A stretch of DNA of 64,000 nucleotides from an uncultured delta proteobacterium (GTDB lineage: Bacteria; Myxococcota_A; Polyangia; Fen-1088). The notes beneath the pieces are model-generated. The model was not told where the DNA came from. It was given only the letters and a program-made list of their open reading frames with translations, and did not search any database. How positions within the stretch are numbered: the first letter of the stretch is position 1; the number at the start of each line of letters is the position of its first letter. The stretch is taken from contig CAVYGB010000002.1 of NCBI GenBank assembly GCA_963767925.1, positions 640,001-704,000 on the forward strand. The letters are read 5' to 3'. Shown piece after piece: positions 1 through 9,774 of this stretch. The position numbers were made by a program, and so were the translations under genes.

Positions 1-2
1 AC

Positions 3-338
3 CGCATCGGCCAGGGCAACAACGCCTTCGTGTTCCCCGGCATCGGCCTGGGCGCGCTCGTCGTCGAGGCCCGCGCGATCACCGACGGGATGTTCGCGGC
101 GGCCGCCCGCCGCCTGGCCGAGGAGACCAGCGCGCAGGACCTGGAGGCCGGCAGCCTGTTCCCCGCGGTGGCGGACCTCCGCCGGGTCACCCGGGGCATC
201 GCCCAGGCGGTCGCGCTCCAGGCCGGCCGCGAAGGGGTGGGCCGCCCGATCGCGGAGGAGGCTGTCGCCGCCGCGGTGGCCGAGGAGACCTGGTTCCCGG
301 AGTACCCCCGCTATCTGCCTGCCAGCGGCGGGGCCTGA
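3..338 (+). CDS. maeA: NAD(P)-dependent malic enzyme, C-terminal part (5' partial)
   Basis: RIGQGNNAFVFPGIGLG...ITDGMFAAAA...GSLFP matches the conserved malic enzyme C-terminus; frame is open from the window start. Confidence 0.85.
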   Translation, partial: RIGQGNNAFVFPGIGLGALVVEARAITDGMFAAAARRLAEETSAQDLEAGSLFPAVADLRRVTRGIAQAVALQAGREGVGRPIAEEAVAAAVAEETWFPEYPRYLPASGGA

Positions 339-453
339 TCCGCCGGGTCACAGGGGATCGCAGGTGAAGGCGGCGGAGGCGGCGCTGGAATTTTTACTCG
401 ATCGCGTGCCCCCTTGGCGTGCTGCACGGTCGAATTCGGGTAGGATGCGGCAC

Positions 454-2094
454 ATGTACGGGCGCGCGGCTTTCACCTTGGTTTTCTTCATTTTCTTCGG
501 CCTCGGCATGGCCTGCGACGGGTCTTCGTCGGTCCCGGAGACCGCGCTGGCCGACGCGGGCGTGGATGCGCCCGGGGGCCGGACCGGCGCGGCGGATGGA
601 TCGCCGGCGGGGGAAACGCCGGCGCCCGACGACCGGATCGCGCGCCTCACGCGCGCCCTCGACACGGCGCTGTTCGACTGTCCCGACCGGGTGTGGCCGG
701 AGACCGCGGCCAGCTACCGCACCAGCCAGGTGCTCTTCGTCTCGCCGAAGACGAAGACGGCGCACCTGTGGAACGACCAGCGACAGGGCCCGACGGCCGA
801 GCGCCCCCGCGTGAGCGAGGTGCCCTTCGGCGACCTGGGGCCAGAGTGGCTGTCCACCTTCCACGTCGACCGGCTGTTCGGTCATCCGACCCTCGGCATC
901 TCGCTCGACGCCGCCGCCCGCGTCGACCAGATCCTCGCCGAGGTGGGCGCGCCCCGCTGGCACGAATACGCCGTGGAGCTGACGCTGCACGAGGCCTTCC
1001 ACTTCATCGGATCGCAACCCCGCTGGCCGTCGCCCGGCCCGGGCGGAACACGGTCCATCGCCTACCCCGAGCGGGTCGAGCCGCGCCAGGTGCGCGCCGC
1101 CCTGGCGGGATCGCTGCTGGCCCACCTGCGCGAGGGGCGGGGCCTGGGCGCGGCCGCGTTCTGGCAGGCGCGCTTCACCGGCGAGCACGCCGCCGAGGCC
1201 AGCGCCATCCGCCGCACGGACATCAACGAGGGGACGGCCGAATACGCCGCGCTGGCCGGCAGCGCGCTGGTCGAGCACGGCTGCGGGGCCAGCGAGGCGA
1301 CGCTGGTGCAGGCGATGCTGGCCCACCTCGACGCCTTCCTGGACAGCGGCAGCTTCAACGGCGGCAGCGAGCCCTACCAGCTCGGCCTGCTCGCCGGGCT
1401 CGCCGCCCGGGCGCAGGGCGCCGCCAGCGCCGGGTGGGAGGCGCGGGTGCAGGCGGGCGAGACGCCGGTCCAGGTGCTGGTCGGCGCCACGACGCCCACC
1501 CCGGAGGCCGACGATCCCGCCCTGATCGCCCGCGTACGCACCGCGGTCGGCGCTCGCAACCGCGAGATCGAGGTCGAGGTGGGGCCGCTGCTGGCGCGCA
1601 TGCGCAGCAAGGACCACGTCCGGTTGCCGATCCCCTCGGCCTGGACCGCCGGCTCGTTCCGGCTCGCGGGCTTCGTGACCCTGGTCGACGAACCCGGGCA
1701 GCCCGACGTGCTGCTGGAGTACAGCGCCAGCCACCGCGTTCCGGAGACCGGCTCCACCATCACCGTCACCGGCCAGACCCTGATGGAGGGCCGCCCCGAC
1801 GCCTGCGGCCCGGCGACCCGGGACATGCGCATCGCCACCTTCCCCACCACCGCCGCAGTCGCCGACCCCACCGGCGCCAGCTTCACCGTCGGCACCCCCG
1901 AGGTGAAGTTCAGCGGCCTGGCCGCGACGCTGGTCGAGGACGCCACCGGCCTCACCTGGATGTGCCCCGCCGCCAGCGCCCCACCCGCCGCCGCCGCCGT
2001 CGCGACGGCACCCCGAGCAACGGCGATCCCCTCCCCCGCCGCCACCCCCCCGCTCCCCTGCGACCGCCTCCGCTGGCTCGCCAAGCCGATGTAG
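454..2094 (+). CDS. Hypothetical lipoprotein, putative gluzincin-type Zn metallopeptidase
   Basis: Hydrophobic signal ending LGMAC; LHEAFH (HExxH) plus downstream INEGTAEY third-ligand-like motif; start chosen 7 nt after TAGGAT. Confidence 0.6.
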   Translation: MYGRAAFTLVFFIFFGLGMACDGSSSVPETALADAGVDAPGGRTGAADGSPAGETPAPDDRIARLTRALDTALFDCPDRVWPETAASYRTSQVLFVSPKTKTAHLWNDQRQGPTAERPRVSEVPFGDLGPEWLSTFHVDRLFGHPTLGISLDAAARVDQILAEVGAPRWHEYAVELTLHEAFHFIGSQPRWPSPGPGGTRSIAYPERVEPRQVRAALAGSLLAHLREGRGLGAAAFWQARFTGEHAAEASAIRRTDINEGTAEYAALAGSALVEHGCGASEATLVQAMLAHLDAFLDSGSFNGGSEPYQLGLLAGLAARAQGAASAGWEARVQAGETPVQVLVGATTPTPEADDPALIARVRTAVGARNREIEVEVGPLLARMRSKDHVRLPIPSAWTAGSFRLAGFVTLVDEPGQPDVLLEYSASHRVPETGSTITVTGQTLMEGRPDACGPATRDMRIATFPTTAAVADPTGASFTVGTPEVKFSGLAATLVEDATGLTWMCPAASAPPAAAAVATAPRATAIPSPAATPPLPCDRLRWLAKPM

Positions 2095-2174
2095 CCGACC
2101 AACTCGACGCACGCCCCAATTCCCGACCGACCTCGCCGAGCGGATGGCCGCCCGCCTGCCCCGACGCTGAAGAC

Positions 2175-2327
2175 GGCCCGCGCGAGGCCGGCGCGCACGC
2201 GGATCACGCGGGCGACGGATTCGCGGCCCGCGCGAGGCCGGCGCGAACGCGGATCACGCGGGCGACGGATTCGCGGCCTGCTCGAGGACGGCGCGCACGC
2301 GGGTCACGCGGGCGACGGATTCGCGGC
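2175..2327. repeat. 3 x 50-bp tandem direct repeat
   Basis: Unit GGCCCGCGCGAGGCCGGCGCGCACGCGGATCACGCGGGCGACGGATTCGC at 2175, 2225 and 2275, with few substitutions and no spacers. Confidence 0.95.
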
Positions 2328-2362
2328 GTGACTGGGAGGGGCGGCCATGGCAAGAGTCGGGC

Positions 2363-3499
2363 ATGCGAGCCCGCTCACCGGCCACCGACTGCGCGCAGGC
2401 GCTCCACACAATCGACCCCGCTACCGGCGGGATCGTGCCGCCGCTGCAGCCCTCGACCACCTACGCGCGCGGCGCCGACTACCAGCCGGTCGGCGGGCGC
2501 GTCTACGTCCGGGACGCGCTGCCCACGGTCGAGCCGGCAGAGCGGCTGATCGCCCGGCTGGAGGGCGGCGCCGAGGCGCTGCTGTTCGCCAGCGGGATGG
2601 CGGCGGCGACGGCGGTGTTCCGGGCGCTGTGCCGGCCCGGCGACCACCTGGTGGCCCAGGACGTGATGTACTTCGGGCTGCGGGTCTGGCTGCGCGACTT
2701 CGCCGCCCGCTGGGGGGTGGACCTTGACCTGGTGGACGCGGGCCAGCCCGGGGCGCTCGCCGGCGCCGTGCGGCCGGGCAAGACCCGGCTGGTCTGGGTG
2801 GAGACGCCCGCCAACCCGAGCTGGGACGTCGTCGATCTGGCGGCGGCCGCGCAGGTGGCCCACCAGGCGGGGGCGCTCCTGGCGGTCGACTCGACGGTGG
2901 CCACCCCCGTGCACACCCGCCCGATCGAACACGGCGCGGACGTGGTCATGCACGCCGCGACCAAGTACCTCAACGGACACAGCGACGTCCTGGCCGGCGC
3001 GCTGGTGACCCCCCAGCGCGACGCCGTCTGGGAGGCCCTGCGCGAGCACCGCCAGCAGGACGGAGGCTGCCTGGGCGCCTTCGAGGCCTGGCTGCTGCTG
3101 CGGGGCATGCGCACGCTCTACCCGCGGGTCGAGCGCCAGAGCGCCAGCGCCCTCGAGCTGGCCACCCGCCTGCAACGGGTGCCCGGCGTGCAGGTGCTCT
3201 ACCCGGGGCTCCCCGGCCATCCCGGCCACGCCACCGCCCTCCGCCAGATGCGGGGCGGCTTCGGGGGGATGCTCTCCCTCCGCCTGGCCGCCGGGCGGGA
3301 GGCCGCCCTCGCCGTCGCCGCCCGCCTCGAGCTGTTCGTCCGGGCGACCTCGCTGGGCGGCGTCGAGAGCCTCGTCGAGCACCGCCACACCGTCGAGGGC
3401 CGCGACACCGTCGCCCCCCCCGACCTGCTCCGCCTCTCGGTCGGCATCGAGGACGTCGAGGACCTCTGGGCCGACCTCGAACAGGCCCTGCGCCCCTGA
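2363..3499 (+). CDS. metB: PLP-dependent transsulfuration enzyme (cystathionine gamma-synthase/lyase family)
   Basis: FASGMAA, WVETPANP, HAATKYLNGHSDVLAG (PLP lysine), ATSLGGVESLVEH, LLRLSVGIED. Confidence 0.85.
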   Translation: MRARSPATDCAQALHTIDPATGGIVPPLQPSTTYARGADYQPVGGRVYVRDALPTVEPAERLIARLEGGAEALLFASGMAAATAVFRALCRPGDHLVAQDVMYFGLRVWLRDFAARWGVDLDLVDAGQPGALAGAVRPGKTRLVWVETPANPSWDVVDLAAAAQVAHQAGALLAVDSTVATPVHTRPIEHGADVVMHAATKYLNGHSDVLAGALVTPQRDAVWEALREHRQQDGGCLGAFEAWLLLRGMRTLYPRVERQSASALELATRLQRVPGVQVLYPGLPGHPGHATALRQMRGGFGGMLSLRLAAGREAALAVAARLELFVRATSLGGVESLVEHRHTVEGRDTVAPPDLLRLSVGIEDVEDLWADLEQALRP

Positions 3500-3500
3500 C

Positions 3501-3686
3501 CTAGGCCCGGGGCGTCGAGGGGTGGCGGGGGGCGCGGGCGGCGGTGTCGAAGGCGAGGTCGAGGAAGGTGGTCCGCCGGCCGCGGATCAGCGCCCCGAGG
3601 CAGCGTATGGCGCATCGCGGACCGAACTCGCGCCAGATCAGCCCGAGGTGCCTCGCGACCTGCTTGTTGCCGATGATGCCGACCAT
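3501..3686 (-). CDS. Small hypothetical protein
   Basis: 61-aa ORF with GAAGGAG RBS upstream and high GC3. Confidence 0.65.
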   Translation of the reverse strand: MVGIIGNKQVARHLGLIWREFGPRCAIRCLGALIRGRRTTFLDLAFDTAARAPRHPSTPRA

Positions 3687-3730
3687 GACGATCTCCTTCC
3701 AGCAATACGACGAAGCAGACCCCTCGGTTT

Positions 3731-3990
3731 CTACAAACCGGGCTCAACTTTTCGGCGGCGCCTCCGGGCGATGACGATCCCGCCGAGCCCCCCGAGCGCC
3801 AGGGCCAGCGGCAAGGCGCCGATCGGTGAGGCACCCGACGCCCCGGCCGCGACGGCGCAGCCCTGAGCGCGGGCGGGCGCCGGGTCGGGCGACAGCGGCG
3901 CGGCGGCGGCGGGGCCGAAGGTCTCGGGCGGCTGGGCGTTGCACGGCAGGTCGGCGGTGATCGCCTCTCCCGTGTGGGCGACAGCGAGGA
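3731..3990 (-). pseudogene. Orphan MYXO-CTERM sorting-signal remnant
   Basis: AQGCAVAAG...LPLALALGGLGGIVIARRRRRK is GC + TM helix + Arg cluster; no convincing in-frame start or protein body. Confidence 0.55.
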
Positions 3991-4144
3991 CCCGATGTGG
4001 TCCCCGGCACCCGGCGGCCCCGCGGACGCCGACGCGCGGTCGACGTGCCCACCAACGCGCGCATTTTTTACCTGACCCCGGGGCGAACCGGCGGTCCCTG
4101 GGGTTGTTTTCCGCGTTCAATGGGCTGTCCTCGCCACCTCGAAC

Positions 4145-4160
4145 AGCACCCTTCATGCCA
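4145..4160 (-). promoter_or_regulatory. Putative sigma54 -24/-12 promoter
   Basis: TGGCATG-AAGG-GTGCT on minus strand with correct GG-N10-GC spacing, facing the MYXO-CTERM remnant. Confidence 0.45.
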
Positions 4161-4212
4161 GACCAGGCACCCCGGGGAGCGGCCCCGATCGCGGGGCCGG
4201 GGCGCTCCGGTC

Positions 4213-5397
4213 TCAGGGCACGGGGAGGTTCGCCGGGACGAGGTCGAGCGTGCGCTTCGGCGTGTAGCGGGGGGCGCCAGGGTGGCCGGGGAAGCCGCGG
4301 GCTCCCACCGGGATGCGGTAGACGCCGTTCGAGGCGACGGTGGTGAAGACCTCGTCCAGGTTGGGCCCGCCGAAGGTGAGGTTGGTGGTGCTGGGCCCGC
4401 CGGCGCCGATGGTGGCGAGGACCTGGCGCCGGGTCACGTCGACGATGGCGAGGCGGCCCGGTCCGTAGAGCGCGACCCACAGGTTGCCCCAGGCGTCGAA
4501 CGCGCAGCCGTCGCCGCCGCTCTCGAGGGTGATCACGGCCTCGACCGGGCCGAACGCGCCGCCCGCCCCGGGCAAGGCCGCGCGCAGCACGCGCGCCCCG
4601 CTGATGAAGTAGAGGTTCTCGCTCGCGGGATCGACCTCGACGCCGTTGGGGCTGGCGAGGTTGGCCAGGACGCGCGACACCTGCCCCTCGGGCGTGATGC
4701 GGAAGATCGCAGTACGGTAGTCGGAGAAGTAGATGTTTCCCTCGGCGTCGACCGTGACGTCGTTGCTGTTGGTGGCGAGATCGTCGGAGAGGACGGCGAC
4801 CTTTCCATCGGGGAGCACCTGCATCAGCTTGTGCTCCCGCCCGCAGACGAGCAGGCTGCCGTCGGCCAGCCGGTACGAGCCGACCGAAAACGCCAGCTCG
4901 GGGAGATAGCGGTAGAGCTTCCGATCGGCGGCGATGCGCATGAGCCCGTCGCGGTGGCCGAAGAACACCTCGCCGTCGCGCCAGCTCGGACCCTCGCAGG
5001 GGGTCGCCACCTGCACCAGCCGCTCGGGCCGCGCCGCCCGCACCGCCGCCAGCGGAAACACCCCCAGCCCCGGCGCGGCGTCGGCGGCACCCGCATCGGC
5101 GATCGCCCCATCCTCCCCGCCCCCCGCATCTGGCGCCGCCGGCGGAGCGGTCTCGGCGGCGGCCGCGTCGATCGCCGGTGACGGCGGGGGCACCGACGGC
5201 GCCGGCGCGGGTCCCGGCTCCATCCGCGGCGCCGCGTCCCTGAAGTCCGGGCCCCCAGGCTTGCCCGCCGGCTGCCCCCCCGGCAGCGCCGGAGGCGGGA
5301 CCGGCGATTCCGGATCGTTCCCCGAGGAGCAGGCCAGGGTGATCAGGGTGATCGCGAACGGCAGCAACAAGGAGAGGCGGCGATGGGGGGGCATCAC
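4213..5397 (-). CDS. SMP-30/gluconolactonase/LRE family lipoprotein
   Basis: Lipobox ITLAC, Pro/Ala linker, CEGPSW, SNDVTVDAEGNIYFSD, SPNGV, GDGCAFDAWGNLWVA, TTNLTFGG. Confidence 0.85.
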   Translation of the reverse strand: MMPPHRRLSLLLPFAITLITLACSSGNDPESPVPPPALPGGQPAGKPGGPDFRDAAPRMEPGPAPAPSVPPPSPAIDAAAAETAPPAAPDAGGGEDGAIADAGAADAAPGLGVFPLAAVRAARPERLVQVATPCEGPSWRDGEVFFGHRDGLMRIAADRKLYRYLPELAFSVGSYRLADGSLLVCGREHKLMQVLPDGKVAVLSDDLATNSNDVTVDAEGNIYFSDYRTAIFRITPEGQVSRVLANLASPNGVEVDPASENLYFISGARVLRAALPGAGGAFGPVEAVITLESGGDGCAFDAWGNLWVALYGPGRLAIVDVTRRQVLATIGAGGPSTTNLTFGGPNLDEVFTTVASNGVYRIPVGARGFPGHPGAPRYTPKRTLDLVPANLPVP

Positions 5398-5515
5398 CCG
5401 GCGCATCCTAGTCGATCGGCACCGCCGCGAAGGGCTCGCGGGTCGGGCGCCCCTCATCCGTGCGCCGCCCCCCAACGTCAGACCCGTCAGGCCACGGGCA
5501 GGGGGGATGCGACCG

Positions 5516-5986
5516 TCAGGACGGCTTCACGCCGCCGCTGCGAGACGGTGTCGGCCGGCCGAGAGGGGGCGGAGCCCCGCCTGCGTCGGGCAAGGGCACC
5601 GGCGGCGTCTGGCCCCCGGGCGTGGCCAGCGCGTGGACGAGGGCCACGAGGGCGGCGGGGTCGAAGGGCTTGCGGATCATGCGGGCCTCGGGCACCGGGG
5701 CGCCGAGCTGCGAGCTCAGCCCGGTCATGCCGAGGACGGGGATGTTGGCGAGCTTCTCGCGCCGGCCCATCTCCGCGATCAGCTCCCAGGCGTTGAGGCC
5801 GGGCATGAGCACGTCCAGCAGCACCACCGCCGGCCGCTCGTTCTGGCACAGGTAGCTGAGGGCGGCCTTTCCATTGGCCACGGCGATGACCTTGTATCCC
5901 GCGTCCTCGAGGAGGGTGGATATGCTTTGACGAACGTCCGGGTCGTCGTCTGCGACGAGCACCGATTGCATCAGATCCTGCGACAT
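5516..5986 (-). CDS. Single-domain response regulator (receiver)
   Basis: VLVADDDPD, VLLDVLMPGLN, IRKPFD. Confidence 0.85.
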   Translation of the reverse strand: MSQDLMQSVLVADDDPDVRQSISTLLEDAGYKVIAVANGKAALSYLCQNERPAVVLLDVLMPGLNAWELIAEMGRREKLANIPVLGMTGLSSQLGAPVPEARMIRKPFDPAALVALVHALATPGGQTPPVPLPDAGGAPPPLGRPTPSRSGGVKPS

Positions 5987-6168
5987 CACTCGCCAGCAAA
6001 GGTAAACGTTGACGCGCCCCCGGACAAGCCGCCGGAGGCAGGGCTTACTACCGAATCGTGGAAAGGCGCCCTGCGGACCCACCGGGCGTGCAGGCGACGC
6101 GCAGGAACTGGTGCGGGGCCCGGGCCATTCCCGCCGCTGCCGGCTGCGCCCGCGTTATCCTGCGGGAC

Positions 6169-7062
6169 ATGGGTTCGCTGCTGGCCGTCTTCTGGGTGCT
6201 CTCCGCAACCGCGACCGCCGCCCCCGCGAAAGGGGGACCCCCGTCGGTCGCGCTGACCTTCGACGACGCCACCGACAAGCCGGACACGAACGCCGGGATC
6301 CTGAAGGCGCTGGCCGACGCGAAGCTCGGCAGCGTGCTGTTCGTCGCCGGCAGGCACGTGGACTCGCCGCAGGGGCTGGCGCAGGTGCGCCGCTGGGGAG
6401 CCGCCGGCCACCTGATCGGAAACCACTCCTACGCCCACGAGAGCCTCAGCAGCCCGGAGATCTCCCTGGACGCCTTCCAGGCGGACGTCCTGCGAAACGA
6501 GACGCTGCTGCGCGACCTGCCGAAGTTCACCCGCATCTTCCGCTTTCCCTTCCTGCACGAGGGGGATACCGCCGCCAAGCGGGATGGCTTCCGGGCGTTC
6601 CTGCGCGAGAAGAAGTACCGGCTCGGGACGGTGACCATCGACGCCAGCGACTGGTACTACGACGCCCGCTTCCGCCGCTGGAAGAAGCAGCACCCGGGCG
6701 CCGACCCCGCCCCCTTCCGGGCCGCGTACCTGGCCCACCTGTGGGATCGCACCCAGTTCTACGATGGCCTGGCCAGGAAGGTCCTGGGGCGGAACGTGAA
6801 ACACACGCTCCTGCTGCACACCAACCCGCTCAACGCCGCGTTCCTCCCCGACGTCATCCGGATGTTCCGCGAGAAGAAGTGGTTGCTGATCGATGCCACG
6901 GAGGCCTTCCAGGACCCGGTCAACGCCCAGCAACCCGACATCTTGCCCGCCGGCCACAGCGTGATCTGGGGCCTGGCCAGCGCCCGCGGAGAAAGGGCGC
7001 TGCGGCTTCCGGCCGAGGACGAGCAATACGAAAAGCCGATCCTGGACGCCGCCGGCCTGTAG
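6169..7062 (+). CDS. Secreted polysaccharide deacetylase family protein
   Basis: VALTFDD, GNHSYAH, FRFPFLHEG, LLLH motifs; signal peptide. Confidence 0.85.
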   Translation: MGSLLAVFWVLSATATAAPAKGGPPSVALTFDDATDKPDTNAGILKALADAKLGSVLFVAGRHVDSPQGLAQVRRWGAAGHLIGNHSYAHESLSSPEISLDAFQADVLRNETLLRDLPKFTRIFRFPFLHEGDTAAKRDGFRAFLREKKYRLGTVTIDASDWYYDARFRRWKKQHPGADPAPFRAAYLAHLWDRTQFYDGLARKVLGRNVKHTLLLHTNPLNAAFLPDVIRMFREKKWLLIDATEAFQDPVNAQQPDILPAGHSVIWGLASARGERALRLPAEDEQYEKPILDAAGL

Positions 7063-7134
7063 CCCGGGACGACGGCGCCAAGCAAGGACGCCGCCGGCGG
7101 TAGGCGCGCGGGTGACCGCGGCGATCGAGGCGGG

Positions 7135-7637
7135 TCAGAGACTGAAGGGGGCCTTGCCGGCGCAGGGGGGCTCGACGGTGGAGGGGACAGTGAGAGCGAA
7201 GGTGCTGTCGCCGTGGCGGACCTGGTAGGTCCCCGGCGGCAGGGGGCCGGTCGAGCAGGTCGCGGACAGGGAGCGGCAATCGGCGCTGCAGATCGAGCCC
7301 GCCTCCCGGTAAGAGGCGCGGCTGCGCACGCGGATGACGTCGTCGCCTTCCATGGTCGCGGTGCAGGTGGCCTGCTCGTCGTGGCTGCAGGAGCTGCTCA
7401 GGCAGTCGGGCGCGGTGACGACGATGTCGATCCCGCGATTGGCCGGGTAGCTGAACGGTTCGCTCTGGAGTCGCGATTGGCCAGGGGTGCCGGCCGGGTA
7501 AAGGCATATCTGTCCCTCGTCCTCGAAGCTGTGGCTGGTGCCGAGCGGATCACAGGACAGCGCGAGCAGCGACAGGATCGCGACATGCAGGTCGCGCGAC
7601 GCGGGCGCGCAGGGCGTACGGTGGGTTGCAGGCTCAT
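7135..7637 (-). CDS. Cys-rich hypothetical lipoprotein; N-terminus apparently frameshifted
   Basis: LHVAILSLLALSC lipobox, then CLSSSC, CTA, CSADC, TCSTGPLPPGTY; best ATG (7637, MSLQPTVRPARPRR) is one base out of frame. Confidence 0.55.
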
Positions 7638-7650
7638 GGGATCGACAGGC

Positions 7651-7666
7651 AGCAATGGGCGGGCCA
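7651..7666 (-). promoter_or_regulatory. Putative sigma54 -24/-12 promoter
   Basis: TGGCCCG-CCCA-TTGCT on minus strand, near consensus, just upstream of ATG 7637. Confidence 0.6.
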
Positions 7667-7808
7667 GCGCGCAACGGCCCCGCACGGGGCGGCGGTGACG
7701 CAGGCGCGCGACAGCGCGGCTTCCTTTTCGTCCACCCTGCGCTAACCTGAGGCCGGTGGAGCGGGCGGCGCGCGCGGGCGGTTCAATCGAGCAACGCCGA
7801 GGTTTCGA

Positions 7809-8606
7809 ATGATGGATCCAAGGAAACGCAGCCTGTGGTTGGCCGTGCTTGCGCTCGCGACGCCGGCTTGCATCGAGGTGGTCGACAGGGGTCGCGGCGA
7901 CGGCGGCGCCCGGACCGATGCGCCCGCCTCGGCCGACGGGGCGTCGATGCCGTCCGCCTCCGCGCCGGGCGGCGGGCTGAGCGCCGGCCTCATCAGCCGC
8001 TGGAAGCTCGACGAGCCCTCGGGAGACACGACCGCGGACGGCAGCGGCCCCAACCCCGGGATGCTGAGCGGCCCCGCCCGCACCACCACCGGGTTTCCCG
8101 GGGCCAAGTACCCCAACCCGGGGGCGCTGCGCTTCGACGGCGACGACGACTTCGTCGAGCTGGGCACCATGAACCTGCCGGCCAACAACCGCCCGCAGAG
8201 CGTGAGCTTCTGGTTCGAGATCGCCGCCATGCCGGCCGCCGAGCAGATCTGCGTCTCGCTGACCGATGGCATGGACGGCGGCTCCCGCCTGAAGCTCGGC
8301 TTCCGGGGCAACCGGGTGGCCGCCTGGAAGCGGGGGGGCGACGACCTCGCGAGCGGCCCGCCCGTGACGGCCGGCTGGCACCACTTCGCCTACACCTTCG
8401 ACGGAACCACGCACACCCTCTACATCGACGGCATGCAGGCCGGCACCTCCATGATGCCCGGCGATACCGGCCCTGCCGCCAGCGCCCGCCTGGGCGCCGG
8501 CCACAACAACGCCGAGAACTTCGCCGGCCAGATCGACGAGGTCCGCGTCTACGGCCGCGCCCTCACCGCCGCCGAGGTGACCGCCCTGCGCGAGGGCCGC
8601 GAGTAG
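7809..8606 (+). CDS. LamG/concanavalin A-like domain lipoprotein
   Basis: Lipobox TPAC; LISRWKLDE, ALRFDGDDDFV, GWHHFAYTFDG, LYIDG, FAGQIDEVRVYGRALTAAEV. Confidence 0.85.
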   Translation: MMDPRKRSLWLAVLALATPACIEVVDRGRGDGGARTDAPASADGASMPSASAPGGGLSAGLISRWKLDEPSGDTTADGSGPNPGMLSGPARTTTGFPGAKYPNPGALRFDGDDDFVELGTMNLPANNRPQSVSFWFEIAAMPAAEQICVSLTDGMDGGSRLKLGFRGNRVAAWKRGGDDLASGPPVTAGWHHFAYTFDGTTHTLYIDGMQAGTSMMPGDTGPAASARLGAGHNNAENFAGQIDEVRVYGRALTAAEVTALREGRE

Positions 8607-8746
8607 CCGCAGGAAGGGGCGTCACCTCATCCACAGGCGGTGACCTCGGTCTCACGCCGCCGCGGTTCTCGGCGCCGGAGACGACCCCGGCAAGATTGGC
8701 GGTTTTGTTCAAGAGCGCACGGGGCGCTCTGTGGGACTTTAGGCCC

Positions 8747-9715
8747 ATGAAACACGACATCGCCGCCCGCCCGCTCCCCTTCGCCGCCTTGCCCATCCTG
8801 CTGGCCCTCGCCGGCGCCTGCGCGAACGCCAGCGCCAGCGCGCGCGTCGGTCCCACCCCGCCGGCCGGCTTTCGCAGCGAGATGACCCGGGTCAACGGCA
8901 TCGACCTGCACTACGTGATCGGCGGCAAGGGCGAGCCCCTGGTGCTGCTGCACGGCTGGCCCCAGACCTGGTACGAGTTCCACCGGGTCATGCCCGGCCT
9001 GGCCGAGCAGTACACCGTGATCGTCCCCGACCTGCGCGGCGCCGGCGACAGCGAGGCTCCCGCCGCCGGCTACGACAAGGAGACCATGGCCGAGGACGTG
9101 CGCGGCCTGCTCGATCACCTCAAGCTCGACGCCGTCCACCTGGTGGGCCACGACATCGGGGCCATGGTGGCCTACCCCCTGGCCGCCAAGTACCCCGCAC
9201 GGATCAAGACCGTGACCCTGGCCGAAGCCCCCATCCCCGGCGTCGAGCCGAGCTGGACCGCCGCCACCAGCCTGCCCTTCCTCTGGCACTTCGGCTTTCA
9301 CAACGAAGCGGAGATCCCCGAGCTGCTCACCGCCGGCCGCGAGCGCCCCTACCTGCAGTCGTTCTACAAGAAGTTCTCGGTGGTCCCCGGAGCCTTCCCC
9401 GACGACGAGGTCGACGTCTACGCCCGGGCCTACGCCCGCCCGGGACGCATGACCGCCGGCTTCGCCTGGTACCGGGCCTTCGCCACCGACGTCACCCGCA
9501 ACACCGACCTGCAGAAGACCAAGCTCTCGATGCCCCTCCTGATGATGAGCGGCGGCGCCTTCGGAACCACCGAGGAAGCCCTCGTCAGCCAGGGCCAGGT
9601 CATCGCAACCAACGTGCGGGGCGCCGTGATCGCCGGCAGCGGCCACTGGGTCCTGGAGGAGCAGCCGGAGCTCTTCCTCACCGCCTTGCGCGCCTTCCTC
9701 GACGGCTCCCGCTGA
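8747..9715 (+). CDS. Alpha/beta hydrolase (epoxide hydrolase-like), exported
   Basis: LLHGWPQ, PDLRGAGDS, VGHDIGAMVAY, SGHWVLEEQP. Confidence 0.88.
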   Translation: MKHDIAARPLPFAALPILLALAGACANASASARVGPTPPAGFRSEMTRVNGIDLHYVIGGKGEPLVLLHGWPQTWYEFHRVMPGLAEQYTVIVPDLRGAGDSEAPAAGYDKETMAEDVRGLLDHLKLDAVHLVGHDIGAMVAYPLAAKYPARIKTVTLAEAPIPGVEPSWTAATSLPFLWHFGFHNEAEIPELLTAGRERPYLQSFYKKFSVVPGAFPDDEVDVYARAYARPGRMTAGFAWYRAFATDVTRNTDLQKTKLSMPLLMMSGGAFGTTEEALVSQGQVIATNVRGAVIAGSGHWVLEEQPELFLTALRAFLDGSR

Positions 9716-9774
9716 GTCGCCCGGCCCGGCGGGCGGACAGGACACACCTTTGCGGCGGGAGGCATCGAACAGAC

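Noticed and set aside
2175..2327. Possible CRISPR array
   Set aside because: Units are contiguous with no unique spacers, and there are no cas genes in the window
7835..9715. 626-aa ORF as a single fusion (likewise 35783-38896, 49209-51329, 51652-54621)
   Set aside because: N-terminal extensions are off-frame readings of upstream genes; real starts are internal
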